Positions 31,744 to 41,723 of a stretch of 64,000 nt of DNA are shown in pieces. This DNA comes from Verrucomicrobiota bacterium. GTDB lineage: Bacteria; Verrucomicrobiota; Verrucomicrobiia; Opitutales; Cerasicoccaceae. Every line of letters starts with the position of its first letter. The first letter of the stretch is position 1. Position numbers and translations under genes: made by a program. The notes beneath the pieces were generated by a model, which worked only from the letters and a program-made list of their open reading frames with translations, was not told where the DNA came from and did not search any database. The stretch covers positions 57,404 to 121,403 of the forward strand of contig JBCBUK010000013.1 of NCBI GenBank assembly GCA_039818205.1, written 5' to 3'.

Positions 31744-33632
31744 TGAGCGTGCTCTTTTGGACCTATGCCTTTGTGGGCTTAACGTTTGCGTTGTATCTGG
31801 GAATTGCCTGGTGGGCGCGGGTGGCGGATACCAAGGGCTTTTATGTCGCCGGGCGCGGGGTGCCCGCGGCGGCCAATGGCATGGCAACAGCGGCCGATTG
31901 GATGAGTGCGGCGTCGTTTATCTCGATGGCCGGCTTGATTTCTACCATGGGTTACGCTGGTGGAGTTTATTTGATGGGTTGGACCGGCGGATACGTCCTG
32001 TTGGCCTTGTTGATTGCTCCGTACCTACGGAAGTTTGGGCACTACACGGTGCCTGATTTTGTGGGCGACCGCTTCGGCCTAAGCCGGAAACCCGACCAGA
32101 TGAATACGATGTGGCAACGCATTTTAGCCAACCCGGCTCGAGTGGTTGCGGTGATTTGCGCCTTGTTTGTCAGCTTTACCTATGTCGCCGGGCAGATGCG
32201 TGGGGTCGGGGTGGTCTTTAGTCGATTCCTCGAAGTCGATGTGAACACCGGCGTGATTATTGGCATGGTCATCGTTTTCATCTACGCGACGTTGGGTGGG
32301 ATGAAGGGCATTACCTGGACGCAGGTGGCCCAGTATTGGGTTCTGATTACCGCGTTTTTGGTGCCAACGATCGCGATTTCCATTCAGCTTACCGGAAGTT
32401 TCGTTCCACAGGCGGGTTTGGGGGCCGAGATTACCGGTCAGGGAATCATGTTATTGGATCGTCTGGACGGTATTCACAAGGACCTTGGCTTTAATAGCTA
32501 CACCGAACCCTTTGTTGGTGGTTGGGATAAAGCCAACGTGTTTTTGGTGACGCTTGCGCTAATGGCCGGAACGGCGGGTCTGCCGCATGTAATCGTTCGT
32601 TTCTACACGGTTAAGTCGCCTTCGGCGGCACGCTGGAGTGCGTTCTGGGCACTGCTCTTTATTTCGGGTCTTTACCTGACCGCGCCAGCCTTGGCTGGAT
32701 TCGCCCGCTATTATATGATTACCACGCTCAACGGAGCGAGTGAGCAGCAGTTGCCCGCCTGGTTTGAAAGCTGGGAGGAAACTGGGCTCATTTTGTGGCT
32801 CGACGACGGCGACAACTCTCTGCGCTTTTCCAACACAGAGGACAACGAGATATTCCGCAAGGGAACCCTAAGCGAGAAGGAGCTTCGCGATATTTACACG
32901 CAACACCAGGAGTGGTTGAGCACCGGTGGCACCTTGGGTGTGGATGGGCGGGTGGTCTTGCGAGAGGCGGGACTTAGCGGGCCGGATCGAGACATTATTG
33001 TACTGGCTACACCGGAGATGGCGGGGCTGGCCAACTGGATTATTGCGTTTGTTGCTGCAGGCGGATTGGCGGCGGCATTGTCGACCGCGAGTGGCTTGCT
33101 CTTGGTGATCTCCTCGTCGGTGGCGCACGATTTGTATTTTCGGATCTTGAGGCCCGAGGCGTCGGATAAGCAACGCCTGGCCATTGGTCGTGGTGTGATT
33201 GGCTTGGCCGTTGTCGTGGCCGGAATTTTTGGAATCTACCCGCCTGGATTTGTGGGGCAGGTGGTTGCCTTTGCCTTCGGGCTGGCGGCTGCGAGTTTCT
33301 TCCCGATCATAATCTTAGGTATTTTCAATCGTCGGGTTGGTGCAATGCCAGCGGTGTTCGGCATGCTCGCAGGATTGAGCTTCACGGTTTTCTACATCGT
33401 CGCCGTTGTCTACTTTGATATGGCGCCATGGACCTTCTTTGGCCTCTCAGAGTCCGGTATCAAGCCGTCGGCAATTGGCGTGTTTGGCATGCTGATTAAC
33501 TTTGCAGTCTCGCTTGGTCTGGCACCTTTGTTCGAAAAGCCGGGCCCCGAGATTCAGCAGCTGATCGACTCGGTGCGGGAGCCCGAGGATGCGAGCCCAC
33601 CCACGAATATCGACGACGCCCCCGAGCACTGA
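31743..33632 (+). CDS. Sodium:solute symporter (ActP-like cation/acetate symporter family)
   Basis: NGMATAADWMSAASF, GWTGGY, GTAGLPHVIVRFYTV, AGGLAAALSTASGLL. Confidence 0.9.
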   Translation: MSVLFWTYAFVGLTFALYLGIAWWARVADTKGFYVAGRGVPAAANGMATAADWMSAASFISMAGLISTMGYAGGVYLMGWTGGYVLLALLIAPYLRKFGHYTVPDFVGDRFGLSRKPDQMNTMWQRILANPARVVAVICALFVSFTYVAGQMRGVGVVFSRFLEVDVNTGVIIGMVIVFIYATLGGMKGITWTQVAQYWVLITAFLVPTIAISIQLTGSFVPQAGLGAEITGQGIMLLDRLDGIHKDLGFNSYTEPFVGGWDKANVFLVTLALMAGTAGLPHVIVRFYTVKSPSAARWSAFWALLFISGLYLTAPALAGFARYYMITTLNGASEQQLPAWFESWEETGLILWLDDGDNSLRFSNTEDNEIFRKGTLSEKELRDIYTQHQEWLSTGGTLGVDGRVVLREAGLSGPDRDIIVLATPEMAGLANWIIAFVAAGGLAAALSTASGLLLVISSSVAHDLYFRILRPEASDKQRLAIGRGVIGLAVVVAGIFGIYPPGFVGQVVAFAFGLAAASFFPIIILGIFNRRVGAMPAVFGMLAGLSFTVFYIVAVVYFDMAPWTFFGLSESGIKPSAIGVFGMLINFAVSLGLAPLFEKPGPEIQQLIDSVREPEDASPPTNIDDAPEH

Positions 33633-33682
33633 TTCGTGGACCACATGCCACTCTGATTTAGGCGTCCAAGATCTGGATTTTT

Positions 33683-33702
33683 ATGTAAAGTAAGCTTTAC
33701 AT
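33683..33702. promoter_or_regulatory. Palindromic operator upstream of the membrane-protein/XRE operon
   Basis: Perfect inverted repeat ATGTAAAG-taag-CTTTACAT. Confidence 0.7.
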
Positions 33703-33712
33703 TTTGTAATGT

Positions 33713-34213
33713 ATGTTTAACATGAGTGGGATGAAAGCTATTTTGCACGACATGACCCAGCAGGAGCGAGTTGCTTGGGTGACGGTCGCGATCACCTCGC
33801 TGGTCGCTGTCTATTATTGCATGAATGTCCCGATCTCATTGACGCCCGATGACCTCTATTCGCGATCGATGCGACAGGTGGTGTCTATTTGCCTCGCGCT
33901 CGCAATCGGTATGGAAATCTTAAGCCATTTTCTCTCTCGTTCGAACGGAGACAAGACGGAGGAGGATGAACGCGATATTCAGATTCGGGAAAAAGCAACA
34001 ACGGTCGCCCACAACTCAATGATTGGTTTCGCGGTTTTGTTGATCGTGCAAATCGTGTTTTTGCAGGGGATCACTCGCGCTTCGTGGGGCGCTGGTCTTG
34101 ATTTGTCCTTGTTGGGTGAGCTCGGGGTGGCGAATTTGCTACTGCGTATTTTGATCCTGACGAGCATTATCCAACACTTGGCGATAATCATTTACTACCG
34201 CCGAGGTGTCTAG
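33713..34213 (+). CDS. Membrane protein (DERD-motif family typically paired with an XRE regulator)
   Basis: Four TM segments and EDERD..I..KA motif; start uncertain. Confidence 0.65.
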   Translation: MFNMSGMKAILHDMTQQERVAWVTVAITSLVAVYYCMNVPISLTPDDLYSRSMRQVVSICLALAIGMEILSHFLSRSNGDKTEEDERDIQIREKATTVAHNSMIGFAVLLIVQIVFLQGITRASWGAGLDLSLLGELGVANLLLRILILTSIIQHLAIIIYYRRGV

Positions 34214-34436
34214 CGTGAGCGGTTTGAAAATTACGAATCAGGTGAAGCGGCTTCGCTTTTTGAATGGAGAACTTACTCAGGCTCAGCTTGCAGATAAGAT
34301 CGGAGTTACCCGACAAACCATCCACGCAATTGAAACGGGAAAGTACCAGCCGTCGTTGGAAGTCGCCTTCAAGCTAAGCAACGCCTTTGGGGTTACAATC
34401 GAGGACGTCTTTGAAGTTACCGGTGAGACAGTCTAG
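34206..34436 (+). CDS. XRE-family HTH transcriptional regulator
   Basis: LTQAQLADKIGVTRQTIHAIETGKYQPSLEVAFKL. Confidence 0.92.
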   Translation: MSSVSGLKITNQVKRLRFLNGELTQAQLADKIGVTRQTIHAIETGKYQPSLEVAFKLSNAFGVTIEDVFEVTGETV

Positions 34437-34552
34437 CGATTATACCTTCAAGCGGGAAGCAGGGTATTTGAAGGGCGTCCAAACTCTCTCAATCAACTAA
34501 CCAACCTGACCCTCGTCAGGTTGGCTTGGGCCAATGGAGACTGTTGGCGGGC

Positions 34553-34858
34553 TTATCCCCACTGGGAAGTAATCGCGTTCCAGTCGCATTTTTCGAAGTC
34601 GGCTGGAACGGCGCAGGGCTGGAAGTCGACATCGGCGCCGAACTTAATGAAGAAGGGTTCACAGATGGTCGGAATCTGTGCGGCTTCTTGGAGATCTACT
34701 ATCAAAGTCATCGTGCGGAGGCCGTCGACGCAATGAAAGTAGACCGCTTCGGGTTTGGTGTTTTCGATCACGGCTTTCATCGTGGCCTCGGCGGTGCCAG
34801 CCTTGATGAGTTCGTTGAAGGCATCGTGGTCCAGCTTTGCGGTAAGGATCATTCTCAT
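34553..34858 (-). CDS. Small hypothetical protein (GYD/DUF3303-like)
   Basis: KPEAVYF....G.RT...VDL....IP...EPFF..FGA.V...P. Confidence 0.65.
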   Translation of the reverse strand: MRMILTAKLDHDAFNELIKAGTAEATMKAVIENTKPEAVYFHCVDGLRTMTLIVDLQEAAQIPTICEPFFIKFGADVDFQPCAVPADFEKCDWNAITSQWG

Positions 34859-34995
34859 GGGTATCGAGCAGTATGGGATTGTTGATTTGTGCGACTTGCA
34901 CCTAACAATTCATAGATTTTTGCTTGGGAATCGTCGATCCAAAAACCGGCTTGGAGTTGCCAGCACGGGATTCTCTACTCAATAGTTTCGGGAGA

Positions 34996-35451
34996 ATGAT
35001 TCCGAAGAAAGATCAGCCGTGGTTTGAGTTCCATGTCGTCCAGCCCAATGGAGACGAGTGGGTGGAGTCGCTGCCGTCGGAAACCGTGGGGGAGGCGATG
35101 TCAAAGATGCGACGCGTTTATCCCGATGCCCGGTTGACCATAAAGCGTCACTATAAGAAAAGCGGGGATACTGCCGCTGGTGGGGGAACCCGTGGTTTCG
35201 GCCAGCGGACTCAACGCTCGAGCCCGCCGCCTAAAAAAGCGCCGACTAAGCGTCAGGATTTTCGAACGGTGTTTGGTCTGGATGAGAGCGCAGATTTTTC
35301 CGCAGTCAAGAAGGCCTACCTGCAACAGATTAAGCGTTACCACCCGGACCGCGTAGCGGACATGGGGCCAGAGCTAGTGGAACTTGCCGAGAAGAAAACC
35401 CGGGAGTTCAATGCGGCGTTTCAAGAAGCCCGTAAGCACTTCGGCCAGTAA
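34996..35451 (+). CDS. C-terminal J-domain (DnaJ-like) protein
   Basis: VKKAY...IKRYHPDRV...AEKKTREFNAAF. Confidence 0.8.
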   Translation: MIPKKDQPWFEFHVVQPNGDEWVESLPSETVGEAMSKMRRVYPDARLTIKRHYKKSGDTAAGGGTRGFGQRTQRSSPPPKKAPTKRQDFRTVFGLDESADFSAVKKAYLQQIKRYHPDRVADMGPELVELAEKKTREFNAAFQEARKHFGQ

Positions 35452-35458
35452 CCCCCCC

Positions 35459-35561
35459 CAACCTGCGGTTGGATCCGTTTGGGCACTCGCCAACCTGCGG
35501 TTGGATCCATTTGGGCACTCGCATTGCTCGAACACGCGGCGGTTGACCTGCGGTTGGATCC
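35459..35561. repeat. Tandem 32-bp repeats (35459-35490, 35491-35522) plus a partial copy (35546-35561); REP-like hairpin
   Basis: caacctgcggttggatcc(g/a)tttgggcactcgc twice; third copy acctgcggttggatcc. Confidence 0.85.
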
Positions 35562-35692
35562 GGTTATGCGGCATTGGCGCATTGCCAGAATAACGGAAAA
35601 CGTTGGGTTCGTGGTTCGCGGGTTCAAAATTGGATCCATCGGCCCGTTGGTTGGGGCTTGACCCGTCGGCGCTAGCTAAGAGGATTCGGGCC

Positions 35693-36310
35693 ATGCAATT
35701 GGTTTGCCTGGACCTTGAAGGAGTGCTGATCCCAGAAATCTGGAAGGCTGTCGCCGAGCGTACCGGGGTGGAAGGCCTCCTACGTACCACGCGTGATGAG
35801 CCCGATTACGACGTCCTGATGAACTACCGGCTCGAGCTGTTGGCCAAGCATGATATCCGTCTACCCTTGATCCAGGAGGTCATCGGGGGGTTGACGCCTC
35901 TGCCCGGAGCACAGGAATTTACTTCGTGGCTGACTAGCCAAACCCGTCTGATCATTCTTTCGGACACATTTGCTCAATTTGCCCAGCCACTCATGGCTCA
36001 GCTTGGCTATCCGACGATGTTTTGCCATGAGCTCGTGATCGATCCCGAAGGCCGCGTGACCGGTTACCAGCTGCGTCAGGATGACCAAAAGCAAAAAGCC
36101 GTTCGCGCTCTCCAGTCTTTGAATTTCGAGATCATCGCTGCGGGCGATTCCTACAATGACCTGACGATGTTGCGCTCCGCTAACCGCGGGATTCTATTTC
36201 GTCCATCGGATCAATTTGCCGCCGAGAACAGTGACCTGCCAGTGTGCACGGAACATGCTCAGTTGAAGTCCCTGCTCGAGGAATATTTTGCAAAACCGTT
36301 GTCTCTTTAA
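35693..36310 (+). CDS. thrH: Phosphoserine phosphatase / homoserine phosphotransferase
   Basis: CLDLEGVLIPEIW, TTRDEPDYDVLM, ILSDTF, AAGDSYNDLTML; 205 aa. Confidence 0.92.
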   Translation: MQLVCLDLEGVLIPEIWKAVAERTGVEGLLRTTRDEPDYDVLMNYRLELLAKHDIRLPLIQEVIGGLTPLPGAQEFTSWLTSQTRLIILSDTFAQFAQPLMAQLGYPTMFCHELVIDPEGRVTGYQLRQDDQKQKAVRALQSLNFEIIAAGDSYNDLTMLRSANRGILFRPSDQFAAENSDLPVCTEHAQLKSLLEEYFAKPLSL

Positions 36311-36358
36311 TCGGCCCGGGCGGTAATTCTAACCATCTACCAATACCAAAAATATACT

Positions 36359-36733
36359 ATGTCGAACGTACCTGCTGACCTGAAATACACCGAAGAACAC
36401 GAATGGCTGCGCAGCGAAGCCGATGGTGGCGCCATAATCGGAATTACCGATCATGCGCAGACCTCGCTGGGCGATATCACGTTTGTGGAGCTTCCTAGTG
36501 TCGGTGATCAGGTGGCCAAGGGCGATACGTTCGGCACAGTCGAATCGGTTAAGGCCGCCAGCGACCTCTACGCGCCGATCTCGGGCGAAGTGGTTGCCGT
36601 GAACGATGGCTTGGAAGATTCACCTGAGATCGTCAACAACGATCCCTATGGCGAAGGGTGGATGATCAAGATCAAGCCCGAAGGCGAAATCGACGGCCTG
36701 CTCGACGCTGCGGCCTACGAGGCTATCTTGTAA
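36359..36733 (+). CDS. gcvH: Glycine cleavage system H protein
   Basis: [36 protein letters not shown] (lipoyl Lys), DPYGEGW. Confidence 0.96.
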   Translation: MSNVPADLKYTEEHEWLRSEADGGAIIGITDHAQTSLGDITFVELPSVGDQVAKGDTFGTVESVKAASDLYAPISGEVVAVNDGLEDSPEIVNNDPYGEGWMIKIKPEGEIDGLLDAAAYEAIL

Positions 36734-36760
36734 ACTGCATCGATTGGCTCTCTCTGGCGT

Positions 36761-37210
36761 ATGATCGATCTAAGGGAGAAGCTCGCTGACACGCTTCCGC
36801 ATTTAGAAGCATGTTTGGTCAGTTGTCGTGACAAGGGAATTGGGGTGCTTTTTTATCATACGCATCCCAACTATGGGCAGAGCCATCTTTATTTAATGGC
36901 TGATTCGACTCTGGATGAAGACGATATCATTGGGGAGCCGATCGACGACGTGATCGATTATGCGGGTTGGGATGACGCTACCTCCTGGTGGGAGGGAGAA
37001 GACAATACTGGCAAGGTTGATTTGGTTTTGCTTAACGGTGACCACTCTTTCGCCGAGACGAACGATGAGTTTAATGAGATTTGGGCGCTGCAGGTTGCTC
37101 AGCTGATTCGCGAGTCTATTTCTTTGGTCGATCGGACTCTATTGCCGAAGCGAATCGTTGTTTCTGGCGAGTGCGGTGAAGGCCACAGCGAGTGGCTCGT
37201 TGCGGACTAG
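36761..37210 (+). CDS. Acidic hypothetical protein
   Basis: 149-aa ORF, no family recognised. Confidence 0.5.
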   Translation: MIDLREKLADTLPHLEACLVSCRDKGIGVLFYHTHPNYGQSHLYLMADSTLDEDDIIGEPIDDVIDYAGWDDATSWWEGEDNTGKVDLVLLNGDHSFAETNDEFNEIWALQVAQLIRESISLVDRTLLPKRIVVSGECGEGHSEWLVAD

Positions 37211-37262
37211 CTTGCGGGGCTTGCTCGGCCTTGCTTTGCCAGACTGGGTTCAGTGGCACGCT

Positions 37263-37292
37263 AAAAAAGCCCTGGCTGTTGGGCCAGGGCTT
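37263..37292 (-). terminator. Rho-independent terminator
   Basis: aaaaaagccctggc-tgttgg-gccagggctt; U-tail on the minus strand. Confidence 0.8.
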
Positions 37293-37320
37293 GGAAAGTG
37301 AATTTTCGTGGTGAGTCGCT

Positions 37321-38658
37321 TTAGGCGACGCGCTCGACGATGAGTTCCGGCGGATTTGGACGCTTTGGCGCGAGGCGATAAGCGTTGCGCAGGTATTCCA
37401 GTGCTGAATCCAGCTTGGACTCGTCGTTGTAGTGAATCATCATGAGCGGCTCACCCTGTTTAACCTGGGTGCCCACCTTTTTGATTTCCGAAACGCCAAC
37501 GGCTGGATCGTATTTGCCGTTCTTGCGCTGGGCCAGGATCTGAACGCCGCGCGCAATTTGGCCGGCATTGATCGTGTGAACGTAGCCGCGCTTTGGAGCG
37601 GGAAGCTTACGCACATACTTGGCCTTGGGCATTTTTTCTGGATCGTCGATGAAGGAGGCATCGCCACCTTGAGCTTCGATCATTTCACGGAACTTCTCAA
37701 GTGCCGAACCGTCTTTCAGGTGCTTCTGAACGGTTTGTTTCGCCGAAAGCGTAGAACCAGCGACGCCAGCGAGGCGGACGATCTCCATGCCGAGCTTCAG
37801 AACGAGCTCCTGGAGGTCTTCCGGACCTTCTCCCTTGAGCAGCTGAACGGCTTCAGCGAGCTCGAGGCCGGTGCCGACGGTGTCACCCAGTGGCTGATTC
37901 ATGTCGGTCACCAGCGCGACACAACGGCGCTTCATGCTGCGGCCGACGCGGGTAATGCTTCGGGCGAGCTGTTTGGCCTGCTCGACATCCTTGATGTAGG
38001 AGCCATTGCCCCACTTGACGTCAACCACGAGGCCTTCGGCACCTTCGGACAGCTTCTTGGAGAGAACGCTGCCAGTGATGAGCGGGAGACTTGGAATGGT
38101 CGCCGTGCTCTGGCGGAGCTCATACAAAATGCCGTCGACTGGAGCGATCTCTGGATGCTGGGCAACAATCGAGCAACCGACGGTGTCGAGCTGCTTGATG
38201 AATTCCTTCAGGTCCATGTCAGCCTTGAATTTGCTGATGGCCGAAAGTTTATCCAAGTTGCTGATGACAAAGTTTTCATCCACTCCATTCATGGCTGGCA
38301 TGATGACGCCGCAGGCTGCCGCGAGCGGAGCCAGGACGAGTGTGGTCTTGTCGCCAACACCACCGGTGGAATATTTGGCAATTTTGGGCCGCGTTAATTT
38401 TGATAGATCGATGACCTCTCCCGAGAGCATCATCTCTTCGGCAAATACGGCAGTCTCCTGGGCCGACATGCCCTGGAAATAGATTGCCATTGCGAGTGCG
38501 GCCATTTGAAATTCCGGCATTTCCTTGTCGAGGATTGAGTCGACAATGAAGCGGATTTCCTCATCCGTGAATTCGCCTCCGTCGCGTTTCTTCTCAATTA
38601 GATAAGAGAACGAGGGCTTAATGAACTTGCGAGAAGCCAATAACGATTTCTGCGCCAT
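37321..38658 (-). CDS. Thymidine/pyrimidine-nucleoside phosphorylase-fold protein with a degenerate phosphate loop
   Basis: IEKKRDG, STGGVGDK, SVLSKKL.EG, DVKWGNG, TDMNQPLG..VG..LE. Confidence 0.85.
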   Translation of the reverse strand: MAQKSLLASRKFIKPSFSYLIEKKRDGGEFTDEEIRFIVDSILDKEMPEFQMAALAMAIYFQGMSAQETAVFAEEMMLSGEVIDLSKLTRPKIAKYSTGGVGDKTTLVLAPLAAACGVIMPAMNGVDENFVISNLDKLSAISKFKADMDLKEFIKQLDTVGCSIVAQHPEIAPVDGILYELRQSTATIPSLPLITGSVLSKKLSEGAEGLVVDVKWGNGSYIKDVEQAKQLARSITRVGRSMKRRCVALVTDMNQPLGDTVGTGLELAEAVQLLKGEGPEDLQELVLKLGMEIVRLAGVAGSTLSAKQTVQKHLKDGSALEKFREMIEAQGGDASFIDDPEKMPKAKYVRKLPAPKRGYVHTINAGQIARGVQILAQRKNGKYDPAVGVSEIKKVGTQVKQGEPLMMIHYNDESKLDSALEYLRNAYRLAPKRPNPPELIVERVA

Positions 38659-38889
38659 TGAATTGTTTGATAGCTTGTGTGAAGGTTGAGCGCGGGTGCG
38701 CGTAAACCTATAAAGCTAGAACAATTCTTTGCTTGCTGTCGAGCTTTTTCTGGTTAGAGCACGCCGCGATTGCGACATAATGACGCGATTTGCCGAAAAA
38801 CGCCCCGAAATTGACGAAAGTGAAACCTTGGGGCACATTACTTGTCATGTTCTTCTAGAATCGGCTAACACATTAGATAATCGAAGTAT

Positions 38890-40425
38890 ATGAGAAGTTC
38901 CGTATTTTATTCCGTTGCCTTTGCAACGACCGCCGTGGCCGCTCTGTTCGCCGGATTCACCGCCAGCCAACTATTTGCTAAAGCGGATGAGCCGAGATCG
39001 GTCGTCGAGCTCCAGCGAGATCACACTCCGTTGGACCGTTCCAATACAGCCCGTATCGTCAGCTACGCAGATGTCCTGGACAAGGTCACGCCTGCGGTTG
39101 CTAGTGTCCATACCGAACACGTGGGGACTGCGCCCGAAGGCCAGCGTGACTGGGAAAATATGCTCCGGCGCTACTATGGGATGCCAGAAATCCCTGAAGG
39201 TGAGGAGGTTGACCCCTATATCGAGCAGGGTCTGGGCTCTGGCTTCGTTGTTACGGAGGATGGCTATGTGCTGACCAATAATCACGTGGTTTCTGGCCGG
39301 TCAGGATCGTCTGCCGACAAAATCATTGTGAAGCTCAGCGATGGTCGTGAGTTTGATGCGGCCCTCGTGGGTAAGGATCCACAGTCCGACGTCGCGGTTC
39401 TCAAAATCGACACCGAGGGTGAAGCGCTACCGTTCTTGCCGATGGGCGACAGCAAGCAGTTGCGTGTCGGCGATATCGTTTTTGCCGTGGGTAACCCGCT
39501 CAGTGTTGGTTTAACCGTTACGCAGGGAATCGTTTCGGCGCTTGAGCGCACGGACTTGGGCATTATCAGCCGCCGCGGTATGCCTGCGATGGAGAATTTT
39601 ATTCAGACCGATGCTGCGATCAACCGAGGCAACTCCGGTGGTCCGCTGGTTGACGCGGAGGGTCGTGTCATCGGTATTAACACGGCAATTGTCAGCCAAA
39701 GCGGTGGCAGCATCGGGATCGGATTTGCCATTCCGGTGAATCTCGCTGCCCGGGTGATGCAGAGCCTGGTTGAGCAAGGTGAAGTCCGCCGCGGATTCAT
39801 TGGTGTTCAACTGGAGCCGCTAGATCGTGAGTTGGCTCAGGCTTTTGGCTTGGATAGCAGTCGTGGTGCTTTGATTAGCCGGGTCACCCCGAATTTGCCG
39901 GGTGACAAGGCTGGACTGCGCCACGGTGACGTGGTGACGAAGGTTAATGGCCAGGCCGTTGATTCAGTCCCAGAGATGATTTATCTGATTTCTAGCGAGC
40001 AGCCAGGCTCAACGGTGGACCTGTCGGTTTTCCGCAATGGTGAGGAGCAAAGCATTGCCGTTGTTCTCGGCGACCGAACAAAACTGCTCGAAGGGGAGCC
40101 AGTCGTAGAGGCTGAGCCCGTTGAGCCTGAGCCGCCGAAAACGTCGGAGTTCGTGGAAGGTATTGAAGTCGCTCCGCTGTCCGAAGTATTGACTGCTGAA
40201 CTGGAGCTTCCGGAGGATTTAAGCGGCCTCCAAGTCGTCGAGGTTTCATCGGGCTCACCCTACAGCGAGATCCTTGTTCCAGGCATGGTGATCCAGCTCA
40301 TTAACGGTCAAAAGGTGACGAGCGCCGAAGAAGCTCGCAAGGCGCTCCGGGTCGACGGTGCGAACGCGTTGTATGTCTACTACAACGAGAATTACCAATA
40401 CCTCCCGTTGATTGTTAAGGGATAG
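38890..40425 (+). CDS. HtrA/DegP-DegQ periplasmic serine protease with two PDZ domains
   Basis: GLGSGF, LTNNHVV, DVAVLK, IQTDAAINRGNSGGPL. Confidence 0.93.
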   Translation: MRSSVFYSVAFATTAVAALFAGFTASQLFAKADEPRSVVELQRDHTPLDRSNTARIVSYADVLDKVTPAVASVHTEHVGTAPEGQRDWENMLRRYYGMPEIPEGEEVDPYIEQGLGSGFVVTEDGYVLTNNHVVSGRSGSSADKIIVKLSDGREFDAALVGKDPQSDVAVLKIDTEGEALPFLPMGDSKQLRVGDIVFAVGNPLSVGLTVTQGIVSALERTDLGIISRRGMPAMENFIQTDAAINRGNSGGPLVDAEGRVIGINTAIVSQSGGSIGIGFAIPVNLAARVMQSLVEQGEVRRGFIGVQLEPLDRELAQAFGLDSSRGALISRVTPNLPGDKAGLRHGDVVTKVNGQAVDSVPEMIYLISSEQPGSTVDLSVFRNGEEQSIAVVLGDRTKLLEGEPVVEAEPVEPEPPKTSEFVEGIEVAPLSEVLTAELELPEDLSGLQVVEVSSGSPYSEILVPGMVIQLINGQKVTSAEEARKALRVDGANALYVYYNENYQYLPLIVKG

Positions 40426-40474
40426 GATTGGTCCCAACGATTTTCAGCGTGTCCGTGGTTGCGGGCACGCTTTT

Positions 40475-41647
40475 TCATTTTTGGGGCAGGAAGATGTCGC
40501 CGTCGAGCGGTTCGATTTCGAATGTTCGGGCAATCTCGCCATTCGAGTAACGTCGGTGGGGGGTCTCGAAGGTGATTTGAGTCGATTCGCCGGGTGGATT
40601 GTAAACGGCAACGCCGTTGGCGAACTTGCGAATGCTTGATCCGTCGGCTTGGGTGATGCCGGGTTCGGTCGGCTTTCCGAGCGGGGCATCCCAGAAGTCA
40701 TACCAATTGTGCAAATGATCGGGTGTTGGCAACGGGTTGGGGTCGGCGAAGAGGATATAGCCGTCGGAATGGCACAAGCCCAATGTCGTCGTCGCCCGCA
40801 TTAGTTGGAGATCGTCTCGCGACTGATGATACCAGGTTTCAAGACAGTTGATGCGGGGTTTACGCAGGTTCGCCTCGGCCCAGGTGAGTGCCGATTGGAT
40901 GCGGGCCCAATCGGCGGGGTCTTGACTGCGGTAACACTCCATGAAATGTCCGTTGACGAGCTCCGCACTTTGAGGGGAGGTGCGGTCATTGGCATTCACG
41001 AGAATGAGGGCGTCTGGGCCAATGGCTTCGCGAATCTTGCGCAATAGACCGAGACGGGCTGCGTCTTCGACCCACCAATCGAGGAACACGCCATCGAACA
41101 CGCCGGATTCAACGGCCGCTTTTGCCCGCTTTGCGACATGGTTTTGATAGTCAGGATTTGCGAAATCGACGAGCAGATAACCACCTTCGGCCCAACCGAT
41201 TTGTGGGTCGCCATTAGCATCTCGCAGCCACCAAGGAGAGTTCGCCGGCAAGAACGACTTGTGGGCGTCCCGGTAGCGAATTTCCGCCAGCAGGATCAGA
41301 TTGGGGTTTCGCTCGAGTAGCGCTCGGCGCCGTTGGAGCCCGGCATTGATCGACTCCTGAGCGAACGCAGTAGCGATTCCGGTAGGCGTGCCCTCCCAGC
41401 GCAGGCCAAAGAAGTCGGGGGCATGAAACAGTAGGTCGTGCCGAGCCTCGGTGGTGATGGATTCTTCGTCCTTAAGATTGTCGGCAGGGTTCCATGCTTG
41501 GAAAACCGATGGGAAATCACGATTCGCAATGCGCTCAGGGATCGGAATCTCGGCCATCAAGCCGTTGGCGAGCAGAGCGGAAAATAGAAAGAGTTTCGCG
41601 GTGACGGGAATGTGCGTTGTGTGTCGCCTTGGGCGAAGCATTTGCAT
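40475..41647 (-). CDS. Putative secreted TIM-barrel glycoside hydrolase
   Basis: WWLRD..G, DFANPDYQ, FDGVFLD, HNWYDFWDAPLG.P, R.F.NG.AVYNP; start uncertain. Confidence 0.6.
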   Translation of the reverse strand: MQMLRPRRHTTHIPVTAKLFLFSALLANGLMAEIPIPERIANRDFPSVFQAWNPADNLKDEESITTEARHDLLFHAPDFFGLRWEGTPTGIATAFAQESINAGLQRRRALLERNPNLILLAEIRYRDAHKSFLPANSPWWLRDANGDPQIGWAEGGYLLVDFANPDYQNHVAKRAKAAVESGVFDGVFLDWWVEDAARLGLLRKIREAIGPDALILVNANDRTSPQSAELVNGHFMECYRSQDPADWARIQSALTWAEANLRKPRINCLETWYHQSRDDLQLMRATTTLGLCHSDGYILFADPNPLPTPDHLHNWYDFWDAPLGKPTEPGITQADGSSIRKFANGVAVYNPPGESTQITFETPHRRYSNGEIARTFEIEPLDGDIFLPQK

Positions 41648-41723
41648 GTGGGGCGGGGGAGTTGGTCGGTTGAGTTTCTGGTCCGACGAATCGAGAGATG
41701 AATCCGTTTCCAGATCCGTCTGA

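Noticed and set aside
35459..35561. Possible CRISPR array
   Set aside because: Units are directly tandem with no unique spacers, only 2-3 copies, and no cas genes in the window
26474..36733. Split gcvT and gcvH; possible glycine riboswitch
   Set aside because: Dispersed gcv genes are common, and I saw no riboswitch-like leader before either gene
37432..38397. 321-aa plus-strand ORF
   Set aside because: Antisense in-register shadow of the phosphorylase-like gene caused by codon bias; no motifs
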